NCBI GenBank assembly: GCA_025456145.1
Contig: JALOLD010000005.1
Coordinates: 94,486-158,485, forward strand
Source of the DNA: Thermoanaerobaculales bacterium
GTDB taxonomy: Bacteria > Acidobacteriota > Thermoanaerobaculia > Thermoanaerobaculales > Sulfomarinibacteraceae
Direction: 5' to 3'
DNA length: 64,000 nucleotides
This document shows positions 57,241-64,000 of the stretch, piece after piece. Within the stretch, counting starts at the first letter, position 1. Every line of letters begins with the position of its first letter. Both the position numbers and the translations under genes were made by a program. Under the pieces are notes generated by a model, which was given only the letters and a program-made list of their open reading frames with translations, was not told the origin of the DNA and made no database searches.

Positions 57241-58250
57241 GCCGAGTCCCGGGCGACCATCCAGCCGAGCAGGTCGACGCAGCGTATCGAGTAGGAGTTC
57301 TCGTTGTCGTACCAGCTCACCGCCCGGAAGAAGGTCGGTGCGACCTGCGACATGAGCTCGAGGTCGACGATCGACGAGTGGGTCTCGCCGATGATGTCGC
57401 TCGACACCAGGGGCTCGGTGGCGGCGCGGAGGATGCCCTTGAGCTCGCCGGCCGCGGCCTCGACCATCGCCTGGCGGAGCTCGTCGACCGACGATGGGCG
57501 GCCGGCGACGAAGACCAGGTCGCAGACCGAGCCGTCGGCGACCGGGACCCGCATCGCGGCGCCGTCGAGCTTGCCGGCGAGCGCCGGGTAAACCAGCGCG
57601 ATCGCCCGGGCCGCGCCGGTCGAGGTCGGGATGATGTTGATCGCCGCCGCCCGGGCCCGCCGCATGTCCTTGGGGTGCTGGACGTCGAGGATCTTCTGGT
57701 CGTTGGTGTAGGCGTGGGTGGTGGTCAGCCAGCCGTGCTCGATGCCGACCGTCTCGTGGAGCACCTTGACCAACGGCGCCAGGCAGTTGGTGGTGCACGA
57801 GGCGTTCGACACGACGTGGTGGGCGTTGGGGTCGTACGCCTGGTGGTTGACCCCCATGACAAAGGTCTCGTCGACGTTCTTGCCGGGGGCGGTGATGATC
57901 ACCTTGCGGGCGCCGGCGGTCAGGTGGGCGCCGGCCGAGGTGCGGTTGCTGAACAGCCCGGTGGCCTCGAAGACATAGTCGACGCCGAGCTCCTTCCAGG
58001 GGAGCTTCGACGGGTCGCGCTCGGCGAGGACCTTCATCGCGTCGCCGTCGATCGTGATGGTCTGGCCCTCGACCTCGACCGGGCCGGCGTAGCGGCCGTG
58101 CACCGAGTCGTGCTTGAACAGATAGCCGAGCATCTCGGGCGACGAGAGGTCGTTGATCGCGACGAGGTCGAAGCCCTCGCGAGCCTTGAGGTGGCGCGCC
58201 ACCAGGCGGCCGATCCGTCCGAAACCGTTGATGCCGACGCGAATGCTCAT
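57237..58250 (-). CDS. gap: type I glyceraldehyde-3-phosphate dehydrogenase
   Basis: 337 aa with INGFGRIGR and SNASCTTNCLAP. Confidence 0.96.
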   Translation of the reverse strand: MSIRVGINGFGRIGRLVARHLKAREGFDLVAINDLSSPEMLGYLFKHDSVHGRYAGPVEVEGQTITIDGDAMKVLAERDPSKLPWKELGVDYVFEATGLFSNRTSAGAHLTAGARKVIITAPGKNVDETFVMGVNHQAYDPNAHHVVSNASCTTNCLAPLVKVLHETVGIEHGWLTTTHAYTNDQKILDVQHPKDMRRARAAAINIIPTSTGAARAIALVYPALAGKLDGAAMRVPVADGSVCDLVFVAGRPSSVDELRQAMVEAAAGELKGILRAATEPLVSSDIIGETHSSIVDLELMSQVAPTFFRAVSWYDNENSYSIRCVDLLGWMVARDSA

Positions 58251-58313
58251 CGGGGTCCTCCACTGAGACGATCGGCGCGAGAGTATAGCAGAGACGGGCT
58301 CGACCAGACGGGC

Positions 58314-58342
58314 TTGCGCGTCGCCGAGCCGTGTGCTAGGGT
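58314..58342 (+). promoter_or_regulatory. candidate promoter for tRNA-Glu
   Basis: TTGCGC (58314-58319), 17 nt, then TAGGGT (58337-58342) preceded by GTGTGC, 12 nt upstream of the tRNA 5' end. Confidence 0.45.
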
Positions 58343-58354
58343 GTCGCTTCGTGT

Positions 58355-58430
58355 GGCCCGTTCGTCTAGGGGTCTAGGACGCTGGCCTCTCACGCCGGTA
58401 ACACGGGTTCGAATCCCGTACGGGCTACCA
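58355..58430 (+). tRNA. tRNA-Glu (anticodon CUC)
   Basis: GGCCCGTTCGTCTAGGGGTCTAGGACGCTGGCCTCTCACGCCGGTAACACGGGTTCGAATCCCGTACGGGCTACCA aligns along its length with E. coli tRNA-Glu. The anticodon loop is CTCTCAC and CCA is encoded. Confidence 0.9.
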
Positions 58431-58685
58431 TGACTCCTTGCAGTCGTCCTGCTGGTCCGGGATCCAGACCTTCGCCCCTCCTGCTTCCAAGCTGCCTCGA
58501 GAGCGCCCGGTTCGAATCCCGTACGGGCTACCATGACTCCCTCCGGTCGTCCGACCGGTTCGGGATCCAGACCTTCGCCCCTCCTGCTTCCAGGCTGCCT
58601 GGAAACTGCCCGGTTCGAATCCCGTACGGGCACCCATGACTCCCTCCGGTCGTCCGACCGGTTCGCGACCCGGACCTTCGATTGC
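58431..58685. repeat. tandem 103-nt repeats each ending in a copy of the tRNA-Glu 3' end
   Basis: Unit 1 is 58431-58533, unit 2 is 58534-58636, and a decaying partial unit 3 runs to about 58685. The 25-mer GGTTCGAATCCCGTACGGGCTACCA of the tRNA (58406-58430) recurs at 58509-58533 (identical) and 58612-58636 (GGGCACCCA variant). Confidence 0.85.
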
Positions 58686-58806
58686 CTTGGCCGAGGGGGT
58701 CGCTCGGCCGGTCGTTACTGAGACCGGATTTCTATTCTTCCCCTGTTGAGGTAAGATCCTCGCGTTCACGCAATCCACCGACCGCCCGCGCAAAGGAGTC
58801 AGACCG

Positions 58807-59232
58807 ATGACCGACCAAACCCCGCCGAAAGGGCCGAACAGCAACGTCCCACCCCCGCCTCCGGCGGGACCGCCGCCGTCCGCTCCGTCGAGCGGTGGCG
58901 TCTCGCCCAACCGCAAGCTCTTCGTCGTGCTCTCCTACCTCGGCCTGCTCGCGCTCATCCCGCTGCTCGTCGAGAAGGACGACCGCGAGGTCCAGTGGCA
59001 CGCCAAGCACGGGCTCGTCCTGACCGTGGTCGAGTTTGTCGCGATCATCGCGCTGTGGATCGTGATCATGATCGTCGGCGCGATCAGCGGCGGGCTCGGC
59101 TGTGTGCTCGGTCTGATCTGGCCGGTGGCGATGCTCGGGATCCTCATCCTCCACATCATGTGCATCGTCAAAGGGGTCAACGGCGAGCGCTTCCTCGTCC
59201 CGGGGATCAGCGAGCTCACCGACCGGTTCTGA
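58807..59232 (+). CDS. DUF4870-like small membrane protein
   Basis: 141 aa with a Pro-rich N-terminus. The pattern YLGLLALIPLLVEKDDREVQWHAKHGLVLTVV plus further TM helices is typical of DUF4870. AAAGGAG lies upstream of the ATG. Confidence 0.65.
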   Translation: MTDQTPPKGPNSNVPPPPPAGPPPSAPSSGGVSPNRKLFVVLSYLGLLALIPLLVEKDDREVQWHAKHGLVLTVVEFVAIIALWIVIMIVGAISGGLGCVLGLIWPVAMLGILILHIMCIVKGVNGERFLVPGISELTDRF

Positions 59233-59271
59233 TCACCGGGCCGACTGGCCGCGCGAGAGCCCGAGAAAGTG

Positions 59272-59299
59272 CGAGGGCCGCCCATCGGGGCGGCCCTCG
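59272..59299. terminator. bidirectional stem-loop between convergent genes
   Basis: CGAGGGCCGCCC-ATCG-GGGCGGCCCTCG is a perfect 12-bp stem. Confidence 0.55.
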
Positions 59300-59320
59300 G
59301 TGTCTTCATCGCGCGATCCG

Positions 59321-60472
59321 CTACTCGGTCTTGCCGCCCGACATCACGAGGGCCGGGAAGGCGCCGTTGCAGCCGAGCTCGTCGGGGGCGGTGAAGTCCG
59401 AACCGACCGCCGCCACGGTGCCCTCGATCGCCATGTTGGCCGAGACCGTGAAGGTCACGGTCCACTCCATGACGCCGCTCCCGGTCGAGGTGTAGGAGTC
59501 GGAGAAGGTGACCCCCGAGGCGAAGTCGGCGAGCGGGGTCGGGCTCATGCCGATGCCCCAGAGGAACTGCAGGGTGCAGGCCGGCTCGCCGCCCGAGAGC
59601 TTGTCCCAGTTGAAGTAGGTGCCGTTGATCTGGGTCACGACGCCCGAGTCGATCACGATGTTGCCGCCGGCCGCGAAGAACGCCGAGTCGTAGATCGAGA
59701 TCTGGTAGGTGCCGTCGACCGAGCCCGAGCCGGCCGTGGTGGCGTCGGACTCGAGGGTCGTCGGGTCGGTCGAGGCGTTGTCGACCTTCGAGGCCCCGAA
59801 CACCGCCGACCCGGCGGTGATCTCGACCGACAGGGTGGCGTCGTCGAAGTTGGCGACCCCGGTGAACAGCTGGTCGACCCGCCGCAGGTAGGGCTCCCAG
59901 GCGCCGAGGGTGAGGTTGGCCGTGGCGATCGAGTTGCCCTCGGGGTCGAGCAGGCTCGCCGAGGCGGTCGCGCCGGCCGCGCCGGCGGTCGCGTAGACGT
60001 TGGTCCGGAAGGCCGAGTTGTAGCTCAGACCGACCACGGTGGCGGTGCCGCCCGTCTGGGTGGCGGCGGTGGTCGGGACGCCCTCGAAGCCCTGGCCGAA
60101 GGTCGACGAGCCGTCCGAGGCGAAGATCCGCGAGTTGACGACGACCACGTCGCTCGCGGTCACCCGGAAGGCGCCGTTGCCGGTGGTCAGGCCGAAGCTC
60201 GCGTTGATGATGTCGGTGAAGACCGCCGTCTCGCCCGGGGCGAGGGTGAAGGCGACCGAGATCGGGTTGGGGTTGGCCTGACCGCGGACCAGCCAGTAGA
60301 CCGAGCCCGTGACCGTGGTGTCGCCGGGGTTCGCGATGTAGAGGTCGGTGCCCCACGGCGCGCCGCGGCCGGCGGCCGGGACGATGATGTCGGTGCCGCC
60401 GAGCAGGGCGAACGAGGGCGCGGCAGCCGCCACGAGGACGAGCACGAACAAAGCGGTGATCAGACGGCGCAT
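59321..60472 (-). CDS. secreted protein sharing the uncharacterised C-terminal repeat domain of the 1442-aa BNR protein
   Basis: 383 aa with signal peptide MRRLITALFVLVLVAAAAPSFA. The pattern IVPAAGRGAPWGTDLYIANPG ... STFGQGFEGVP ... AFRTNVYATA ... GASKVDNASTDPT parallels the repeats at the C-terminus of the gene at 50294-54622. AGGAGG lies upstream of the ATG. Confidence 0.75.
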   Translation of the reverse strand: MRRLITALFVLVLVAAAAPSFALLGGTDIIVPAAGRGAPWGTDLYIANPGDTTVTGSVYWLVRGQANPNPISVAFTLAPGETAVFTDIINASFGLTTGNGAFRVTASDVVVVNSRIFASDGSSTFGQGFEGVPTTAATQTGGTATVVGLSYNSAFRTNVYATAGAAGATASASLLDPEGNSIATANLTLGAWEPYLRRVDQLFTGVANFDDATLSVEITAGSAVFGASKVDNASTDPTTLESDATTAGSGSVDGTYQISIYDSAFFAAGGNIVIDSGVVTQINGTYFNWDKLSGGEPACTLQFLWGIGMSPTPLADFASGVTFSDSYTSTGSGVMEWTVTFTVSANMAIEGTVAAVGSDFTAPDELGCNGAFPALVMSGGKTE

Positions 60473-60616
60473 CGGGGCCTCCTAGAGACGGTCTTCCGGT
60501 CAGCGGCCATCACCATACCACCGAAACCGGCGGAGCAGGCGGTGACCTCTGCCGGGGCTGACCCTAGATTGTACGTCAGATCCCGACTGTGGTTGAGGTC
60601 AAGAGTTGTGAATCAC

Positions 60617-60885
60617 GGGTCTTGAGGGCTTGGCCGGTCCCTTCGGGACCTGGGCTTGAGGGCGTGACGGTCGATGCACCCGTGCTCGAGACCCCAAGCC
60701 CAGACGCCGCAGGCGCCGGCCAAGCCCTCAAGTCCAGGCGACGAAGTCGCCGGCCAGGCCCTCACGCCCAGGCGACGAAGTCGCCGGTCACGCCCAGGCG
60801 CCAACGGCGCCGGTCACCCCCAGGCGCCCGCGGCGCCGGCCACGCCCTCCGTCGCGCCGGCCACGCCCTCAAGCCCCGACGCCGG
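60617..60885. repeat. composite GC-hairpin array (REP/BIME-like), copy 2, in the dnaX upstream region
   Basis: There is one forward unit (CCGGTCCCTTCGGGACCTGG, 60634-60653). The core 60663-60700 (GTGACGGTCGATGCACCCGTGCTCGAGACCCCAAGCC) is similar to the copy-1 core. Five inverted units start at 60701, 60735, 60769, 60795 and 60821 (periods 34, 34, 26, 26), followed by a degenerate tail. Confidence 0.85.
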
Positions 60886-60908
60886 CGGAGATCCGGTAGG
60901 ATACCCCG

Positions 60909-62462
60909 GTGAGCTACCAGGTCCTCGCCCGCTCGTGGCGACCGCAGCGCTTCGCCGACCTGCTCGGTCAGGACGCGGTCGTCCAGACCCTGCGCAACGC
61001 GCTGTCGGGCGACGCCCTCGGCCACGCCTACCTGTTCTCGGGTCTGCGCGGGGTCGGCAAGACCACCGCCGCCCGGCTGCTCGCCAAGGCGGTCAACTGC
61101 GCCGAGGGTCCGACCGCCGAGCCGTGCGGCCGCTGCGACTCGTGTCGGGAGGTCGCCGAGGGCTCGAGCATCGACGTCGTCGAGATCGACGGCGCCTCGA
61201 ACCGCAAGATCGAGGACGTTCGCGAGCTGCGGGAGATGCTTCGTTTCCATCCGACGCGGGACCGATTTCGAGTGATCATCATCGACGAGGTCCACATGCT
61301 GACGCGAGAGGCGTTTAACGCCCTGCTCAAGAGCATCGAGGAGCCGCCGTCGTACGTCCTCTTCGTCCTCGCTACGACCGAGCGGCACAAGGTCCCGGCG
61401 ACCATCCTCTCGCGCTGCCAGCAGCTCGAGTTCCGGCCGCTCTCGGCCGACGCGATCCGCGCCCACCTCGAGGCGGTCGCCGGGCGCGAGGGCTTCTCGC
61501 TCAGCCCGGGCGCCGCCGCCGCGATCGCCGCCGCCGCCCAGGGCAGCGTCCGCGACGCGCTGTCGCTGGTCGACCAGCTGCGCGCCTTCGCCGCCGACGC
61601 GATCGACGACGCCGCGGTGGCGACGGTGCTCGGCGTGCCGCCCTTCGAGGTCACCGCGGGGCTCGTCGACGCCCTCGCCGACGGCCGGGTCGCCGCCGCC
61701 CTCGAGACGATCCGGGGCGAGCTCGCGGCCGGCCACGACGCGACCATCCTCTACCACGAGACCGGACGCCTGCTCCGCGCCATGCTCCACCTCGCCGTCG
61801 ACCCGGGTCTCGAGCCCTCCCTCACCGACGACCAGCGCGGGGCGATCGAGGGGCGGGCGAGGAACCTCGGCGTCGATGTCCTGACCCGCATGCTCGGCTT
61901 GTGGCTCGAGCAGGAGCCGATGCTCCGCGACGCCGCCAACCGCGAGCTCGCCCTCGAGGTCGCGGCACTCCGGCTGGCCCGCTGGCCGGCGGTTCGACGG
62001 CTCGAGAGGTGGCTGGCCGGCGAAACCGCGCCGCCCGCGACGGGGCCGCCAACGGTCACCGGGAGGGATGGCGGGCCGGGTAGCGAGCCGCCCTCGGCAG
62101 GCGCTCGGCCGGCGAGCCTGGCCGACGCGCTGTGGGACGAGCAGCCCCGCCTCGCCGGTGCGGTCGAAGCGGCGCGCCCGAGCCTCGAGGGCGATGTCCT
62201 GACCCTGTGGTTTGCCGGCGGGGCCGGCGCCTCGGCGAGGTATGCCGGCTCGGCGGCGATGCGCCGCCCCCTCGAGGCCGCCTGCCGCCGCCTCTTCCCC
62301 GGTGCGGCCACCGTCCGGGTCGCCGTCGAGGGCGGGTCGGGAGCCGACGACGCGCCCACCGACGAGCTGCTCGCCGAGGTCGAGGCCGACCCGGGGGTGG
62401 CTCGGGCCCGCGCCGTGATCGGCGGCGAGATCGTCGGCGTGCGGCGCGACGGCGGAGGCTGA
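60909..62462 (+). CDS. dnaX: DNA polymerase III subunit gamma/tau
   Basis: 517 aa with a GTG start. Motifs are GLRGVGKTTAARLLAKAVNC, the zinc module CGRCDSC, IIIDEVHML and SRCQ. Confidence 0.93.
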   Translation: MSYQVLARSWRPQRFADLLGQDAVVQTLRNALSGDALGHAYLFSGLRGVGKTTAARLLAKAVNCAEGPTAEPCGRCDSCREVAEGSSIDVVEIDGASNRKIEDVRELREMLRFHPTRDRFRVIIIDEVHMLTREAFNALLKSIEEPPSYVLFVLATTERHKVPATILSRCQQLEFRPLSADAIRAHLEAVAGREGFSLSPGAAAAIAAAAQGSVRDALSLVDQLRAFAADAIDDAAVATVLGVPPFEVTAGLVDALADGRVAAALETIRGELAAGHDATILYHETGRLLRAMLHLAVDPGLEPSLTDDQRGAIEGRARNLGVDVLTRMLGLWLEQEPMLRDAANRELALEVAALRLARWPAVRRLERWLAGETAPPATGPPTVTGRDGGPGSEPPSAGARPASLADALWDEQPRLAGAVEAARPSLEGDVLTLWFAGGAGASARYAGSAAMRRPLEAACRRLFPGAATVRVAVEGGSGADDAPTDELLAEVEADPGVARARAVIGGEIVGVRRDGGG

Positions 62463-63061
62463 TGGACCTCCGTCCGATGGCGGTGCGGGTGCTGCTCGAG
62501 CACCTGCAGCGGCTGCCCGGGATCGGCCCGCGGACCGCGCGCAGCCTCGCCGACCACCTGCTGACCGTCGAGCCGGCCCAGGTCGCCGGGCTCGCCGAGG
62601 CCCTCGCCCGGCTCCACGAGCGGGTTCGGCTGTGCTCGGTGTGCTCGATGCTCACCGAGGGCGACCCCTGCCCGGTCTGCACCGACCCCGGTCGCGACCG
62701 CACCGCGATCCTCGTCGTCGAGACGCCGACCACCGTCTGGTCGGTCGAGGACACGCGGCAGTATCACGGCCTCTACCACGTCCTGCTCGGCCACCTCTCG
62801 CCGTTGCACGGGGTCGGCCCCGACGACCTGACGATCGACGCCCTGCTCGAGAGGTGCCGGTCGGGAGGCATCGCGGAGGTCATCCTCGCCACCGACCCGA
62901 CGGTCGAGGGCGAGACGACGGCGGTCTACATCGCCCGCCGTCTCGAGGGCTCGGGGATCACGGTCAGCCGGCCGGCGTCGGGGATCCCGGTCGGCGGCGA
63001 GCTCGCCGCGGTCGACCACCTGACGCTGGCCCAGGCGTTGCAGTCCCGGCGCCGGGTCTGA
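62462..63061 (+). CDS. recR: recombination protein RecR
   Basis: From ATG 62462 (overlaps the dnaX TGA): MDLRPMAVRVLLEHLQRLPGIGPRTA, Cys4 CSVCSMLTEGDPCPVC, and a Toprim region. Confidence 0.93.
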   Translation: MDLRPMAVRVLLEHLQRLPGIGPRTARSLADHLLTVEPAQVAGLAEALARLHERVRLCSVCSMLTEGDPCPVCTDPGRDRTAILVVETPTTVWSVEDTRQYHGLYHVLLGHLSPLHGVGPDDLTIDALLERCRSGGIAEVILATDPTVEGETTAVYIARRLEGSGITVSRPASGIPVGGELAAVDHLTLAQALQSRRRV

Positions 63062-63101
63062 GAGCCCGCCTCCCGGCCGGGCGGGGATGTTGCGTCGGTC
63101 C

Positions 63102-63130
63102 TTGCTGGGCTATGATGTCTGTGCTAGAGA
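63102..63130 (+). promoter_or_regulatory. candidate promoter for mglBA
   Basis: TTGCTG (63102-63107), 17 nt, then TAGAGA (63125-63130) preceded by TGTGC. GAGGAG lies 8 nt before the GTG at 63155. Confidence 0.35.
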
Positions 63131-63154
63131 TGTTCTCACGAGGAGTGTGCGACG

Positions 63155-63639
63155 GTGAACCCCAGCATGGTGATGTATGAGGAGGAGTTCGAGCGGATCA
63201 CGCAGCTCCTCAACCGGCTCCGGATCGACGCGAGCGCGAAGATCGTCTTCTTGGTCGACAAGAACGGCCAGCAGATCGCCGGCGCCGGCGAGATCGACCA
63301 GGTCGACACCACCTCGCTGGCCTCGCTGACCGCGGGCAACGTCGCCGCCACCGACGGGCTCGCCAAGCTGATCGGCGAGAAAGAGTTCTCGATCCTCTTC
63401 CACGAGGGGCGCAAGGACAACATCCACATCTCGATCGTCGGCCAGCGGTTGATCCTCGTCGTGATCTTCGACGAGCGGTCATCGCTCGGCCTGGTCCGGC
63501 TGCGGGTTCGCAAGACCTCGTCCGACATCGAGCGGGTGCTCACCGACATCGAGCTCAAGGCCCAGGAGGTCGGCGCCGAGGACGCCGAGTCGCCGTTCGC
63601 CGAGATCACCGACGAAGACATCGACGCGCTGTTCTCAGA

Positions 63640-63643
<4 letters not shown>
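63155..63643 (+). CDS. mglB: roadblock/LC7-domain protein MglB (GAP of MglA)
   Basis: 162 aa with a Roadblock/LC7 fold pattern ([17 protein letters not shown]...[21 protein letters not shown]...) and an acidic C-tail. It has an ATGA overlap with mglA. Confidence 0.8.

Positions 63644-64000
<357 letters not shown>

Noticed and set aside
54925-57294. 789-aa forward ORF
   Set aside because: It is antisense to secG, tpiA and pgk, all of which have diagnostic motifs.
58431-58640. Additional tRNA genes or an integrated genomic island at tRNA-Glu
   Set aside because: The units lack D-arm and anticodon-arm features, and the 5' strand of the T-stem is not conserved. There are only 78 nt of unique sequence between the att-like cores, and no integrase. 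I therefore report it as a repeat, not as genes or an island.
60473-60616. SRP (4.5S) RNA upstream of dnaX
   Set aside because: The conserved SRP domain IV sequence (GGAAGCAGCC-type) was not found on either strand. The segment contains the SD and leader of the reverse-strand secreted-protein gene.
60909-62462. Programmed -1 frameshift site in dnaX (gamma subunit)
   Set aside because: I found no A-AAA-AAG-like slippery heptamer by eye in this very GC-rich gene, so I make no claim.

Overview
Very GC-rich bacterial chromosome segment; third codon positions are almost always G or C. It spans the replication-origin neighbourhood of a diderm organism, since LptD, a TonB-C domain and YidC are all present. 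Gene orientation diverges around 10.9-12.5 kb. To the left, a tightly overlapped reverse-strand operon runs rpmH-rnpA-yidC-jag-mnmE-mnmG-rsmG-parA-parB-bactofilin, followed by atpF'-atpF-atpH-atpA. To the right, dnaA-(oriC candidate)-dnaN-recF-gyrB-gyrA runs forward. The rest is mostly housekeeping: pdxST, dprA, trmFO, xerC, smpB, uvrA, fabL, HU, mltG, ruvX, lptD, gltX, glnS, gap-pgk-tpiA-secG-tRNALeu, dnaX, recR and mglBA. Signalling and envelope genes are interspersed: an NtrY-like kinase with a DUF4390-like partner, a GAF/HD-GYP protein, a pseudokinase-TonB fusion, a TPR/RDD/GT2 set, a 1442-aa BNR-propeller exoprotein and a related 383-aa secreted protein. There are four tRNA genes: Ser-UGA, Ser-GCU, Leu-GAG and Glu-CUC. 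I found no convincing new multi-gene system such as a defence island, a CRISPR array or a mobile island with an integrase. The unusual content is non-coding. Two copies of a composite array of covarying GC hairpins lie at 38.66-39.0 kb and 60.62-60.89 kb. The tRNA-Glu 3' end is triplicated in tandem with a 103-nt period. The tRNA-Ser(GCU) carries a 13-nt tandem duplication in its D-loop. A 184-nt nested palindrome abuts the xerC stop. There are 6-mer and 7-mer microsatellites. The many long Arg/Pro/Gly-rich ORFs in the track are shadow frames of real genes, as expected at this GC content. Taxonomy cannot be assigned from this window alone; parAB-bactofilin, atpF'FHA without atpBE, and mglBA recall Myxococcota or other deltaproteobacteria-like lineages, and that is only an impression.
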